Shown here: one piece after another, positions 39,369-49,924 of the stretch
Layout: each line of letters begins with the position of its first letter
Numbering within the stretch: position 1 is the stretch's first letter
Assembly (NCBI GenBank): GCA_963771355.1
Contig: CAVYTA010000006.1
Span: 832,001 to 896,000, forward strand
DNA from: an uncultured Candidatus Rokubacteria bacterium
Lineage (GTDB): Bacteria; Methylomirabilota; Methylomirabilia; Rokubacteriales; CSP1-6
Direction of reading: 5' to 3'
Length of the DNA stretch: 64,000 nucleotides
Notes under the pieces: generated by a model
The model's database searches: none
What the model was told of the DNA's origin: nothing
Seen by the model: the letters and a program-made list of their open reading frames with translations, nothing else
Made by a program: the position numbers and the translations under genes

Positions 39369-40714
39369 GCCTGCCGGTCACGGTGGCCTTGCCCACGCTG
39401 GGCTGCCGGCTGAATCAGGTCGAGTCGCAGGAGATGGCGGCCCTGCTGGAGTCGCGCGGCTTCCAGACCGTCGCCGCCGAGTCTCCCGCCCAGATCTATG
39501 TGGTGAACACGTGCACGGTGACCGGGCGCGCCGACCTGTCTGACCGCCAGCTGATCCGGCGGGTGAGACGGGACAATCCCGAGGCGGTGGTGGTGGTCAC
39601 CGGGTGCTTTGCCCAGACCGACCCCGAGGCGGTGGCGCGCGTCGGCGGGGTGGACCTCATCGTCGGCAACCAGGAAAAGTACCGGCTGCCGGAGATCCTC
39701 GCCGACCTGCTCGAGCGGCGCGGAGCCGCTGGCGCCGCCGCCGGTCCGCCGCCCATCCGCGTGGCGTCCATCCGCGAGGCCCGCTCGGTGCCCTTCGCGC
39801 CGCTCTCGCGCGTGGCCGGTCGCACGCGCGCCTTCGTCAAGGTCCAGGACGGCTGCCAGCACCGCTGCGCCTTCTGCATCGTGCCCGCCGCGCGGGGACC
39901 GAGCCGCAGCCAGGAGCCGGACGTGGTCGTCGAGCAGGCGTGCCGGCTGGTCGAGGCCGGGCATGGGGAGATCACGCTCACCGGCGTGGACCTGGGGCAC
40001 TACGGGCGCGACCTCGTGCCGCGCTCCAGCCTGGCCGGCCTGCTGCGCCGCCTGGCGGAGGTGCCGGGGCTTCGCTGGCTGCGCCTGTCCTCGGTGCTGC
40101 CCGCCTACTTCACGACGGAGCTGTTCGAGGCGGTGACGGAGCTTCCGGTGGTGGCCCCGCATCTGCACGTGCCGCTGCAAAGCGGCAGCGATCGCGTCCT
40201 GCGTCTGATGCGGCGGCCGTATACCGCGCGGATGTACCGCAACCTGCTCGAGCGCCTGGCGGGAGCCATCCCGGATCTCGGGCTCGGCAGTGACGTGATC
40301 GTGGGCCATCCCGGCGAGGGCGAGGCCGACTTCGCGGCCACGCTGGACCTGGTCCGCGCGCTGCCCTTCGCGTACCTCCATGTCTTCGCGTATTCGGACC
40401 GGCGAGGCACGGAGGCGGCGCGACTGCCCGCCCGCGTCGATTCGCCGACCGTGAAGGCGCGCAGCGCCGCGTTGCGCCGGCTCGCGGCGGACAAGGGGCT
40501 CGAGTTCCGCTGCCGCCTCCTCGGCCGGACCCGGGAGGTGCTGGTCCTCGAGGCGCGCGATCGAGCCACCGGGCTTCGCGCCGGCCTCACCGGTAACTAT
40601 ATCGAGGTGCTGTTCCCCGGCGGGGAAGGGCTCGCCCGCCGCTTCGTTCCCGTGCGCATCACGGAGTGCAGCCGCGAGCGGACGCTGGGAGCGCTGACCG
40701 CGGTGCCGGCATGA
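39365..40714 (+). CDS. mtaB: tRNA t6A methylthiotransferase
   Basis: TLGCRLNQVES, NTCTVT, KVQDGCQHRCAFC and LQSGSD motifs. Confidence 0.9.
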   Translation: MSLPVTVALPTLGCRLNQVESQEMAALLESRGFQTVAAESPAQIYVVNTCTVTGRADLSDRQLIRRVRRDNPEAVVVVTGCFAQTDPEAVARVGGVDLIVGNQEKYRLPEILADLLERRGAAGAAAGPPPIRVASIREARSVPFAPLSRVAGRTRAFVKVQDGCQHRCAFCIVPAARGPSRSQEPDVVVEQACRLVEAGHGEITLTGVDLGHYGRDLVPRSSLAGLLRRLAEVPGLRWLRLSSVLPAYFTTELFEAVTELPVVAPHLHVPLQSGSDRVLRLMRRPYTARMYRNLLERLAGAIPDLGLGSDVIVGHPGEGEADFAATLDLVRALPFAYLHVFAYSDRRGTEAARLPARVDSPTVKARSAALRRLAADKGLEFRCRLLGRTREVLVLEARDRATGLRAGLTGNYIEVLFPGGEGLARRFVPVRITECSRERTLGALTAVPA

Positions 40715-41646
40715 CCGCGCGGACACCGACGACCCGGAAGGCCGCCGCCAGCGAGCCCTCCCTTGGCGTCATCGGCGGCAGCGGGCTCTACGAGATCGAC
40801 GAGCTCACGGACGTGCGCTGGACCCGGGTCCGCACGCCGTTCGGCGACCCGTCCGACGCCTTCTGCGTGGGCCGCTTCGGCGACCGGCAGGTCATTTTCC
40901 TCCCCCGGCACGGGCGCGGGCACCGGCTCACCCCGACCGAGCTGAACTACCGCGCCAATATCTGGGGGCTCAAGCATCTCGGGGCCCAGGCGGTGATCTC
41001 GGTGTCGGCGGTGGGCAGCATGCGGGAAGACATCCGCCCCCTGGACCTCGTCATCCCCGATCAGTTCTTCGACCACACGCGGCACCGGATCTCGACCTTC
41101 TTCAGCGACGGCATCGTCGGCCATGTGGGCATGGCGCACCCGGTCTGCGAGGATCTGGCCGACGTGCTCGAGGCGGCCGGGCGCGAGGCCGGCGCCACCG
41201 TGCATCGGGGCGGCACCTACATCTGCATCGAGGGCCCCCAGTTCTCGACCAAGGGAGAATCCGAGGTGTATCGGCGCTGGGGAATGTCGGTGATCGGCAT
41301 GACCAACATGCCGGAGGCCAAGCTCGCTCGCGAAGCCGAGCTCTGCTACGCGACGGTGGCCCTGGCGACCGACTACGACGTCTGGCATCCGCAGCACGAC
41401 GCGGTGACGGTGGAGGCGGTGATCGCGAACCTCGTGAAGAACGTGGCCACCGCCAAGGACGTGCTCCGTCGCGCGATTCCTCGCGTGAAGGGCGGCGGCT
41501 GCCGCACCGGCTGCGGAGAGGCGCTCCGCTCCGCCATCATCACCGATCGGCAGAGCATCCCGGCGCGCACCCGCCGGCGGCTCGCGCTGCTGGTGGACCG
41601 TCACCTCGGCCCACGCCCCACGCCCGCGCGGCGCGGAAAGGCCTAG
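40711..41646 (+). CDS. mtnP: S-methyl-5'-thioadenosine phosphorylase
   Basis: GVIGGSG, RHGRGH, EGPQFST and TDYD motifs. Confidence 0.92.
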   Translation: MTARTPTTRKAAASEPSLGVIGGSGLYEIDELTDVRWTRVRTPFGDPSDAFCVGRFGDRQVIFLPRHGRGHRLTPTELNYRANIWGLKHLGAQAVISVSAVGSMREDIRPLDLVIPDQFFDHTRHRISTFFSDGIVGHVGMAHPVCEDLADVLEAAGREAGATVHRGGTYICIEGPQFSTKGESEVYRRWGMSVIGMTNMPEAKLAREAELCYATVALATDYDVWHPQHDAVTVEAVIANLVKNVATAKDVLRRAIPRVKGGGCRTGCGEALRSAIITDRQSIPARTRRRLALLVDRHLGPRPTPARRGKA

Positions 41647-41649
41647 CCC

Positions 41650-42576
41650 ATGCCCGAGTCCAGCCCTTCCGACCTCCTCGTGGTCGGCTCGGTGGCCATC
41701 GACAACGTGACCACCCCCTTCGGGAAGGCAGCCGAGGCGCTGGGCGGCTCCGCCACTTACTTTTCCTACGCGGCGAGCTTCTTCACCCAGGCGCGGATCG
41801 TGGCCGCCGTCGGCGACGACTTCCCCCGGGAGCACCTGCAGCTCCTGGAAAAGCGCGGCGTGGACATCGCCGGGCTCGAGGTGCTCGCGGGAAAGAAGAC
41901 CTTCCGGTGGACCGGCGAGTACGGCTTCGACCTCAACGATGCCCGGACGCTGGACGTCCAGCTCAACGTGCTCGGCGAGTTCCGGCCCCGACTCACGGCG
42001 GCGCAGCGGAAGATTCCGTATCTCTTCCTCGCCAATAACGATCCCGAGGTGCAGCTGGAGGTGCTCGAGCAGATGGAGCACCCCCGGCTCACCGCGCTCG
42101 ACACCATGAACTTCTGGATCGAGGGCAAGCGCGAGGCGCTGGGGCGCGTGCTCGCGCGGGTGGACGTGCTCCTCATCAACGACGCGGAGGCGCGCATGCT
42201 CGCCGGCGAGCCCAACCTGATCAAGGCCGCGCGGGCCATCCTCGGCATGGGCCCCAAGGCGGTGGTGGTGAAGCGCGGCGAGTACGGCGCCCTCATGGTC
42301 AGCGCCGGCCGCTTCTTCTTCGCGCCGGCCTATCCGCTGGAGGCGGTCTTCGACCCCACCGGGGCGGGGGACACCTTCGCGGGCGGCTTCATGGGCTATC
42401 TGGCCCAGCTGGGCGTGGCGGACGCCGACGCCTTCCGTCCCGCCATGGTGAACGGCGCGGTGATGGCATCCTTCACCGTCGAGGACTTCTCGCTGGATCG
42501 GCTCAAACGCCTGACGCCGGCAGAGATCGAGTCGCGCTATCGGAGCTTCCAGGAGATGGTACGCTTCGAGACCTGA
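41650..42576 (+). CDS. PfkB family sugar/nucleoside kinase
   Basis: GGSATY and DPTGAGDTFAGG motifs. Confidence 0.9.
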   Translation: MPESSPSDLLVVGSVAIDNVTTPFGKAAEALGGSATYFSYAASFFTQARIVAAVGDDFPREHLQLLEKRGVDIAGLEVLAGKKTFRWTGEYGFDLNDARTLDVQLNVLGEFRPRLTAAQRKIPYLFLANNDPEVQLEVLEQMEHPRLTALDTMNFWIEGKREALGRVLARVDVLLINDAEARMLAGEPNLIKAARAILGMGPKAVVVKRGEYGALMVSAGRFFFAPAYPLEAVFDPTGAGDTFAGGFMGYLAQLGVADADAFRPAMVNGAVMASFTVEDFSLDRLKRLTPAEIESRYRSFQEMVRFET

Positions 42577-42591
42577 GCGGGAGACACTCAC

Positions 42592-43419
42592 GTGGACAGG
42601 GTGCTGGCGGAGAAGTACGAGCGGCTGGTCGGCCTGTTGCGCGGCATGGAGCGCGTGGTGGTCGCCTTCTCGGGCGGGGTGGACTCCACCGTGCTCGCGC
42701 GCGCGGCCGGGGATGCGCTCGGTGATCGCGCGCTCCTGGCCACCGCTGACTCCGAGACCTATCCCGCCTCCGAGCTGGGGGAGGCCCGCCGGCTCGCCGC
42801 GCACATCGGGCTCCCGCACGTGGTGGTTCAGACCCAGGAGCTCCAGCGGCCCGAGTACGCGGCCAATGCTCCCAACCGCTGTTTCTTCTGCAAGGACGAG
42901 CTCTTCACCCGGCTCGACGCGGTGGCCCGCGAGCACGGCGGCATGCCCATCGTCTACGGCGCCATCATGGACGACCTGGGCGACCACCGGCCGGGCATGG
43001 AGGCCGCCAAGGCCAGAGGGGTCCGCGCGCCGCTCATCGAGGCCGAGCTGTGGAAGCACGAGATACGGGAGATCGGCCGCGCGCTCGGCCTGCCCAACTG
43101 GGACAAGCCCGCCTTCGCGTGTCTGTCCTCACGCTTCCAGTACGGTGACCGCATCACGCCCGAGAAGCTTCGCCAGGTGGATGCCGCCGAGGCCTTTCTC
43201 CGCGAGCAGGGCTTCCGTCAGTTCCGCGTCCGCCACCACGACCGCCTCGCCCGGATCGAGTTGCCCCATGACGAGATGCCTCGAGTGTGGGAAGGGGACC
43301 GGCACGCCGCCATCGTCCGGCGCTTCCGCGAGCTGGGCTATCACTTCGTGACCCTGGATCTCCAGGGCTTTCGCAGCGGCAGCGCCAACGAGGCGCTCCG
43401 GTGGATCGCGAAAAAGTAA
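42592..43419 (+). CDS. larE: ATP-dependent sulfur transferase for the nickel-pincer cofactor
   Basis: PP-loop SGGVDS, RCFFCK, DHRPG, ACLSSR and RVRHH motifs. Confidence 0.9.
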   Translation: MDRVLAEKYERLVGLLRGMERVVVAFSGGVDSTVLARAAGDALGDRALLATADSETYPASELGEARRLAAHIGLPHVVVQTQELQRPEYAANAPNRCFFCKDELFTRLDAVAREHGGMPIVYGAIMDDLGDHRPGMEAAKARGVRAPLIEAELWKHEIREIGRALGLPNWDKPAFACLSSRFQYGDRITPEKLRQVDAAEAFLREQGFRQFRVRHHDRLARIELPHDEMPRVWEGDRHAAIVRRFRELGYHFVTLDLQGFRSGSANEALRWIAKK

Positions 43420-44159
43420 GAGCGCTGCTCGAGGAGGTCGCGGGGGGCGCGCTCACCCCCGAGCGCGCGCTCGCCCGGCTGCGGGACCTGCCGGTGGAGG
43501 ATCTGGGCTTCGCGCGGGTGGACCTCCACCGCGCGCTGCGCCACGGTGCGCCGGAAGCCGTCTTTTGCCAGGGTAAGACCGCCGCCCAGGTGGTCGCGAT
43601 CCTGACCTCGCTGGCTCAGTATCACGACAATATCCTCGCCACCCGCGCCGAGCCCGATGTGCTGAAGGCGATCGCGGACTGCGGCCTGCCGCACCGGCTC
43701 CACGAGGACGCGCGGGTCGCCGTGATCAAACCGGTGCCGCAGGAGGGGCTGGGGCTCGTCCTGGTGGTGAGCGCCGGCACCGCCGACCGGCCGGTAGCGG
43801 AGGAGGCGGCGGTGGTAGCCGAGGCGCTGGGCAATCGCGTAGAGCGGCTCCATGACTGCGGGGTGGCGGGGCTTCACCGGCTCGTCCCGCACCTCGACCG
43901 GCTCCACGAGGCCAATGCCCTGGTGGTAGTGGCAGGGATGGAAGGCGCGCTCCCCACCGTGGTGGCGGGGCTGGTGGACCGGCCGGTGATCGCGGTGCCC
44001 ACCAGCATCGGGTACGGCGCCTCCTTCGGCGGCATCGCCGCGCTCCTGGCCATGCTCAATTCCTGCGCCCCCGGGATCTCCGTGGTCAACATCGACAACG
44101 GCTACGGCGCCGCCGTCCAGGCCAGCCAGATCAATCACCTCGTCGCCAAGGTGCGCTGA
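43401..44159 (+). CDS. larB: NaAD carboxylase/hydrolase for the nickel-pincer cofactor
   Basis: AGTAD, AGMEGAL, PTSIGYG and NSCAPG..VVNIDNG motifs. Confidence 0.92.
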   Translation: MDREKVRALLEEVAGGALTPERALARLRDLPVEDLGFARVDLHRALRHGAPEAVFCQGKTAAQVVAILTSLAQYHDNILATRAEPDVLKAIADCGLPHRLHEDARVAVIKPVPQEGLGLVLVVSAGTADRPVAEEAAVVAEALGNRVERLHDCGVAGLHRLVPHLDRLHEANALVVVAGMEGALPTVVAGLVDRPVIAVPTSIGYGASFGGIAALLAMLNSCAPGISVVNIDNGYGAAVQASQINHLVAKVR

Positions 44160-44163
44160 GCCC

Positions 44164-45384
44164 GTGCGTCTCGCCTACTTCGACTGCCCCAGCGGCGCCG
44201 CCGGTGACATGATTCTCGGCGCGCTGGTGGACGCGGGGCTCCGCTGGGAGGACCTGCGCGCCGATCTCGACCGTCTCGCGCTTCCGGGCTTTGCCCTCGA
44301 GCGGCGCGAGGTGATGAAGGGCGCGTTCCGCGCCACCAAGGTCGAGGTGCACGTGACTGGACCAACGCATGGTGGAGGACGTCACGGGCATCCTCACCCG
44401 CATCGCACGCTCCCCGTCATCCGCGAGCTCATCGCCCGGAGCACGCTGCCGGATCCGGTGAAGGCGAGCGCGATCCGGATCTTCGCGCGCCTGGCCGAGG
44501 CCGAGGGCCGGGTGCACGGGGCCTCGCCCGACACCGTGCAGTTCCACGACGTGGGGGCGGTGGACGCCATCGTGGACATCGTCGGCGCCTGCGTAGGCCT
44601 CCATCGGCTCGGCATCGACGCCGTCCACTGCTCCGCGCTCCCCATCGGCGGCGGCATGGTGAACGGGCCGCACGGGCAGATTCCGGTGCCGGCGCCGGGC
44701 ACGGCCGAGCTGCTCAAGGGGTTTCCGGTGGTGGACACCGGCGTCAAGCGCGAGCTCGTCACCCCCACCGGCGCCGCCATCCTCACCACGCTGGCGGCAG
44801 GGACGGGCCGCATGCCGCCCATGACGGTGGCAGCGGTGGGCTACGGGGCGGGGACCATGGAGCTCGAGACGCCGAACGTGATCCGGCTCTTCGTGGGCGA
44901 GTCGTCCGCGGCGGCGGTCCCGGCCGCGTCGCCGGGCGAGACGGAGACCGTGGTCCAGGTCGAGACCACGGTGGACGACATGTCGCCGCAGCTCTACGAC
45001 CCCCTCATGGAGCGCCTCTTCGCCGCGGGGGCGCTGGACGTCTATCTCACCCCGGTCATCATGAAGAAGAGCCGGCCCGGGGTCGTGCTGGTGGCGCTGT
45101 GCCCGCCCGCGCTGGCCCCCGCGCTGGCGCAGATCCTCTTCGAGGAGTCCACCACCCTCGGCGTGCGCTGGACCGCTTATCAGCGGGCCCGCCTGCCGCG
45201 CGAGATGGTGACGCTCCCCACCAGCCTCGGCACGGTGTCCTTCAAGGTCGCCCGTCTCGACGGGCGGGTGATCACCGTCACCCCGGAGTTCGACGAGGTC
45301 CGGCGCCTTGCGCGCGACAAAGGGCTGTCGGTCCGCGAGGCGCTGGAGCGAGCGCGGGCCGAGGGACGGCGGCTGCTCGGCTGA
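44164..45384 (+). CDS. larC: nickel insertase for the nickel-pincer cofactor
   Basis: GAAGDM, His-rich segment, [24 protein letters not shown] and PEFD motifs. Confidence 0.92.
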   Translation: MRLAYFDCPSGAAGDMILGALVDAGLRWEDLRADLDRLALPGFALERREVMKGAFRATKVEVHVTGPTHGGGRHGHPHPHRTLPVIRELIARSTLPDPVKASAIRIFARLAEAEGRVHGASPDTVQFHDVGAVDAIVDIVGACVGLHRLGIDAVHCSALPIGGGMVNGPHGQIPVPAPGTAELLKGFPVVDTGVKRELVTPTGAAILTTLAAGTGRMPPMTVAAVGYGAGTMELETPNVIRLFVGESSAAAVPAASPGETETVVQVETTVDDMSPQLYDPLMERLFAAGALDVYLTPVIMKKSRPGVVLVALCPPALAPALAQILFEESTTLGVRWTAYQRARLPREMVTLPTSLGTVSFKVARLDGRVITVTPEFDEVRRLARDKGLSVREALERARAEGRRLLG

Positions 45385-45407
45385 CGCGGCCGCAGGCGGC
45401 TTCGGCC

Positions 45408-45436
45408 TTGACATCGCCAGGAGCCGGGACTAGTCT
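45408..45436 (+). promoter_or_regulatory. sigma70 promoter of the coxSLM-like operon
   Basis: TTGACA, 17 nt, TAGTCT. Confidence 0.65.
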
Positions 45437-45512
45437 CGGAGTCGTTTTCCCAGCCTCGGACCCTCGTCGGCGAGGTGCCGTTCATGTATCGAGTCCTCCA
45501 GGAGGTAGCACG

Positions 45513-45986
45513 GTGAACAACAAGGTCACGGTCACGATCAACGGCGTGAGTCACTCCCACGAGGTGGAGCCCCGGCTGCTCCTCGTCCACTTCATCCGCG
45601 AGCTGGCCGGCCTCACCGGGACCCATGTCGGGTGCGACACCAGCCAGTGCGGCGCCTGCACCATTCACCTCAACGGCCTGGCGGTGAAGTCGTGCACCCT
45701 CCTCGCGGTGCAGGTGGACGGCGCCCAGATCACGACCATCGAGGGGATGGCGAAGGACGGCAAGCTCCACCCGATCCAGGAAGGGTTCTGGGAGAAACAC
45801 GGCCTGCAGTGCGGCTTCTGCACGCCGGGCATGATCATGTCGGCGGCCCAGCTCCTCCAGCGCTATCCGAAGCCCACCGAGGAAGACATCCGCCACCAGC
45901 TGGAAGGCAATCTCTGCCGCTGCACCGGCTACCACAACATCGTGAAGGCCATCCAGTACGCCGCCGAGAACATGGCGAAGCGGTAG
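45513..45986 (+). CDS. coxS: molybdenum hydroxylase [2Fe-2S] subunit
   Basis: [19 protein letters not shown] and NLCRCTGY motifs; SD GGAGG. Confidence 0.92.
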   Translation: MNNKVTVTINGVSHSHEVEPRLLLVHFIRELAGLTGTHVGCDTSQCGACTIHLNGLAVKSCTLLAVQVDGAQITTIEGMAKDGKLHPIQEGFWEKHGLQCGFCTPGMIMSAAQLLQRYPKPTEEDIRHQLEGNLCRCTGYHNIVKAIQYAAENMAKR

Positions 45987-46000
45987 AGGGGAGGCCGACC

Positions 46001-48361
46001 ATGGCGACGGCAAAGCTGCTGGGTGCGAGTATCAAGCGCCGCGAGGACCCGCGCTTCATGACCGGGAAGGGCAACTACACCGACGACCTCAAGCTTCCGG
46101 GCATGACCTATGCCGCCTTCGTGCGGAGCCCGCATGCCAGCGCGAAGATTCGCAAGATCGACATCGCCAAGGCGAAGACCTTCCCGGGGGTGGTGGCGAT
46201 CTTCACCGGCAAGGACATGACGGGCGTCAACTCCCTGCCGTGCGGCTGGCTGCTCCCCGAGCTCAAGGTTCCCCCCCACATGCCTCTGGCCGGCGACGCC
46301 GCCAGGTACGTGGGGGATCCGGTGGCCATCGTCATCGCGGAGACGCAGTCCGCGGCGCGCGACGCCGCCGACCTCGTCGACGTGGACTGGGACGTCCTGA
46401 CCTCGGTGACGAACACCGAGCGCGCGGCGCAGTCCGGCGCCGCCCAGGTCCACGAGGTGGCGCCCGGAAACGTCGCCTTCAAATGGCAGATCGGCGACAG
46501 CGCCGAGACCGACGCCGCCTTCAAGAAGGCGGACGTGGTGGTCAAGAAGCGCATCGTGAACCAGCGGCTGGTGGCCAATGCCATGGAGGCGCGCGCCTGC
46601 GTGGCGCGGTACGAGGATTCCACCGGCGATCTCACCCTCTGGGTGACCTCGCAAAACCCCCACGTGCACCGGCTCCTCATGACCGCCTTCGTGCTGGGCA
46701 TCCCCGAGCACAAGGTACGCGTGATCGCCCCCGACGTCGGGGGCGGCTTCGGCTCGAAGATCTTCCTCTACAACGAGGAGACGGTGTGCTCCTGGGCCAC
46801 CCGCCAGATCAAGCGGCCCATCCGCTGGACCTCGGACCGGCGCGAGGCCTTCCTGACCGATGCGCACGGGCGTGACCACGTGACGGACGCCGAGGTGGCG
46901 CTTTCGCGCGACGGCAAGATGCTGGGGCTGCGGGTGAAGACCACCGCGAACCTGGGCGCGTATCTCTCCACCTTCGCGCCCGCGGTGCCGACCTATCTCT
47001 ACGGGACGCTCCTCAACGGCGTCTACACCTTCGGGGCCATCCATTGCGAGGTCACCGGAGTCTTCACGAACACCACGCCGGTGGACGCCTATCGGGGCGC
47101 CGGCCGGCCGGAGGCCTGCTACCTCCTCGAGCGGATGGTCGACGCCTGCGCGGCCGCGCTCAAGATGGATCCGGTGGAGATCCGGCGGAAGAACTTCATC
47201 CCGAAGTTCGACAACGGCTACCAGACCAAGGTGGCGCTCAGCTACGACAGCGGCAATTACGGCGGCGCCCTCGACCGGCTACTCCAGATGCTCGACTACA
47301 AGAAGTTCCGCGCCGAGCAGGCGGAGGGACGAGCCAAGGGCCGGCTCATCGGGGTCGGCTTCTCCACCTATATCGAGGCGTGCAGCATCGCGCCGTCCAA
47401 GGTGGTGGGCTCACTGGGCGCGCAGGCCGGGCTCTGGGAGTCCGGCAAGGTGCGCGTGCATCCGACCGGCAAGGTGTCGGTGTTCACGGGCTCGCACTCG
47501 CACGGCCAGGGGCACGAGACGACCTTCGCGCAGCTGGTGGCGCACCACCTGGGCATCCCGATGGACGACGTGGACATCATCCATGGCGACACCGGGATCG
47601 TACCCTTCGGCATGGGCTCCTACGGAAGCCGCTCGGCCTCCGTGGGCGGCACCGCCATCGTGATGTCCATCAACAAGATCAAGGAAAAGGGCAAGAAGAT
47701 CGCTGCCCATCTCCTGGAAGCCTCGCCGCAGGACATCGAGTACGCCAATGGGCAATTCCAGGTGAAGGGCTCGCCCCAGAAGGCGGTGCCCTTCGGCCAG
47801 GTCGCGCTGACCGCCTACGTGCCGCACAACTACCCCGAGGGCCTCGAGCCCGGGCTCGAGGAGACGTCCTTCTACGATCCGGCCAACTTCTGCTTCCCGT
47901 TCGGGGCGCACGCCTGCGTGGTCGAGGTGGACCCGGACACGGGGCACGTCAAGATCCTCCGCTACGTGGCGGTGGACGATGTCGGCAATGTCATCAGCCC
48001 CATGATCGTGGACGGCATGGTGCATGGCGGCATCGCCCAGGGCGTGGGGCAGGCCCTCTGGGAAGGCGCCGTCTACGACGTGGACTCCGGCCAGCTCGTC
48101 TCCGGCACCATGATGGACTATGCGCTGCCCAGGGCGGAAATGCTGCCGTTCTACGAGACCGACCGCACCGAGACGCCGACGCCGGTGAACATCCTCGGTA
48201 TCAAGGGCGCGGGAGAGACGGGCACCATCGCGGCCACACCTGCAGTCGTCAATGCCGTCGTGGACGCCCTCGGCGGCCTCGGCGTGGACCACATCGAAAC
48301 GATGCCGCTCACGGCCGAGCGAGTCTGGAAGACCATCCAGGCCGCCCGAGCGAAGAAGTAA
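46001..48361 (+). CDS. coxL: molybdopterin-binding large subunit, form II CoxL-like
   Basis: GGGFGSK, AYRGAGRPEA (form II signature), HGQGHETT and KGAGE motifs. Confidence 0.9.
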   Translation: MATAKLLGASIKRREDPRFMTGKGNYTDDLKLPGMTYAAFVRSPHASAKIRKIDIAKAKTFPGVVAIFTGKDMTGVNSLPCGWLLPELKVPPHMPLAGDAARYVGDPVAIVIAETQSAARDAADLVDVDWDVLTSVTNTERAAQSGAAQVHEVAPGNVAFKWQIGDSAETDAAFKKADVVVKKRIVNQRLVANAMEARACVARYEDSTGDLTLWVTSQNPHVHRLLMTAFVLGIPEHKVRVIAPDVGGGFGSKIFLYNEETVCSWATRQIKRPIRWTSDRREAFLTDAHGRDHVTDAEVALSRDGKMLGLRVKTTANLGAYLSTFAPAVPTYLYGTLLNGVYTFGAIHCEVTGVFTNTTPVDAYRGAGRPEACYLLERMVDACAAALKMDPVEIRRKNFIPKFDNGYQTKVALSYDSGNYGGALDRLLQMLDYKKFRAEQAEGRAKGRLIGVGFSTYIEACSIAPSKVVGSLGAQAGLWESGKVRVHPTGKVSVFTGSHSHGQGHETTFAQLVAHHLGIPMDDVDIIHGDTGIVPFGMGSYGSRSASVGGTAIVMSINKIKEKGKKIAAHLLEASPQDIEYANGQFQVKGSPQKAVPFGQVALTAYVPHNYPEGLEPGLEETSFYDPANFCFPFGAHACVVEVDPDTGHVKILRYVAVDDVGNVISPMIVDGMVHGGIAQGVGQALWEGAVYDVDSGQLVSGTMMDYALPRAEMLPFYETDRTETPTPVNILGIKGAGETGTIAATPAVVNAVVDALGGLGVDHIETMPLTAERVWKTIQAARAKK

Positions 48362-48374
48362 GGGGGACGCGCGC

Positions 48375-49238
48375 ATGTATCCAGCCCAGTTCGATTACCA
48401 CACCCCCGGCTCGATCAAGGAAGCGCTCGATCTGCTGGGCAAGCACAAGGACGACGCCAAGCTCTTGGCCGGCGGGCACAGCCTGCTGCCGGCGATGAAG
48501 TTCCGCCTGGCGAGGCCCGCTCATATCGTCGATCTCCGCAAGGTGCCCGGGCTCTCGGGGGTCAAGGAAGACGGCGGCACCCTCGTCATCGGCGCCATGA
48601 CCACGCACTATGCCGTCGAGTCGTCGGCGGTGGTGAAGTCCAAGTGCGGCGTCCTCGCGCAGACGGCCGCGATGATCGGCGATCCCATGGTGCGCAACAT
48701 GGGGACCATCGGCGGCAGCCTGGCCCACGCGGATCCCGCCGCCGATTATCCCGCGACCGCGATCGCGGTGGGCGCCGAGTTGGTGGCCGAGGGGCCGAAG
48801 GGCAAGCGGACCATCAAGGTCGACGACTTCTTCAAGGGGCTCATGACCACCGCGGTGGGCGCGGACGAGATCCTCACCGAAGTGCGCGTACCCGCGCTGG
48901 CCGCCAATCAGTCGGCGGCCTACATGAAGTTCCCGCATCCCGCCTCCCGCTTCGCCGTGGTGGGGGTCGCCGCGGTGCTCACCATCGACGGCGGCAAGTG
49001 CACCAAGGCTTCCATCGGGATCACGGGGGCGGGGACCCACGCGGTGCGCGCGAAGGGCGTGGAGGCCGCGCTGACCGGGAAGGCGCTCGACGCGGCGAGC
49101 ATCGCGGCGGCGGCGGACAAGGCGCCCGACGGCGTGGACGTCCAGGCCGACCTCCAGGGCTCGGTGGACTACAAGAAGCATCTCCTCAAGGTCTTCGCCA
49201 AGCGCGCGATCGAGGCGGCCGCCGCGGCGAAGAAGTAG
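48375..49238 (+). CDS. coxM: FAD-binding medium subunit
   Basis: LAGGHSLLP and RNMGTIGGSLAHADPAAD motifs. Confidence 0.92.
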   Translation: MYPAQFDYHTPGSIKEALDLLGKHKDDAKLLAGGHSLLPAMKFRLARPAHIVDLRKVPGLSGVKEDGGTLVIGAMTTHYAVESSAVVKSKCGVLAQTAAMIGDPMVRNMGTIGGSLAHADPAADYPATAIAVGAELVAEGPKGKRTIKVDDFFKGLMTTAVGADEILTEVRVPALAANQSAAYMKFPHPASRFAVVGVAAVLTIDGGKCTKASIGITGAGTHAVRAKGVEAALTGKALDAASIAAAADKAPDGVDVQADLQGSVDYKKHLLKVFAKRAIEAAAAAKK

Positions 49239-49256
49239 CTGCCTCTTGCGCGTACC

Positions 49257-49294
49257 GGCCCCGCGGAGCCTCCCGCCCGCGGGGCCTTTTCTTT
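49257..49294 (+). terminator. Rho-independent terminator after coxM
   Basis: GGCCCCGCGG..CCGCGGGGCC stem followed by TTTTCTTT. Confidence 0.8.
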
Positions 49295-49322
49295 GGCCGC
49301 GGGGTCGGCGGGGGGAGGGCGC

Positions 49323-49904
49323 GTGATCGCCGGGGTGGTGCTGGCGGCGGGGCTCTCCCGGCGTATGGGGCGGCGCAAGCTGCTCCTCGATCTCGGCGGT
49401 CAGCCCGTGATCCGGCTCGCCGTGGAAGGTGTCGCGGCCGCGGGAGTGGACGATCTCGTGGTGGTGATGCCGCCCGACCACTCGGAGCTGGCCGCCGCGC
49501 TCACGGGGATTCGCCATCGTGTCGCCGTGAACCCGGCGCCCGAGACGGGACAGGCGGGCTCGGTGGTGGCGGGCATCGCGGCGCTCGGCCCCGCCGTGCG
49601 GGCCGCCCTCATCGCGCTGGGCGATCAGCCGGCGGTGCCCCGCGCGGTGCCGGTGGGCCTGCTCACCGCGTACCGGGCGACGGCCAGGGCCATCGTCGCC
49701 CCGCGCTACCGGGAGGGCCGCGGCAACCCGGTGCTCTTCGATGTCTCGGTCTTTCCCGAGCTGCTGCGTCTCACCGGCGACGCGGGCGCCCGCGGCGTCA
49801 TCGACGCCGACCCCGCGCGCGTCGCGCTGGTGACCTTCGACCTACCGATGCCTCCGGACATCGACACGCCGGAGGACTACGAGACCCTCCGAGGCCGGCT
49901 CTAG
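49323..49904 (+). CDS. mocA: molybdenum cofactor cytidylyltransferase (MocA-like)
   Basis: LAAGLSRRMG..KLL, GDQP, GNPVLF and DIDTPEDY motifs. Confidence 0.85.
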   Translation: MIAGVVLAAGLSRRMGRRKLLLDLGGQPVIRLAVEGVAAAGVDDLVVVMPPDHSELAAALTGIRHRVAVNPAPETGQAGSVVAGIAALGPAVRAALIALGDQPAVPRAVPVGLLTAYRATARAIVAPRYREGRGNPVLFDVSVFPELLRLTGDAGARGVIDADPARVALVTFDLPMPPDIDTPEDYETLRGRL

Positions 49905-49924
49905 CCGGTGTACACTAAGGATCC

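Noticed and set aside
45437..45512. Moco riboswitch in the coxS leader
   Set aside because: Only a small CCTCG/CGAGG hairpin; too short and no convincing match to the multi-stem Moco RNA motif.
46001..48361. Bona fide aerobic CO dehydrogenase (form I)
   Set aside because: Active-site loop is AYRGAGR rather than AYxCSFR, and gene order is S-L-M.
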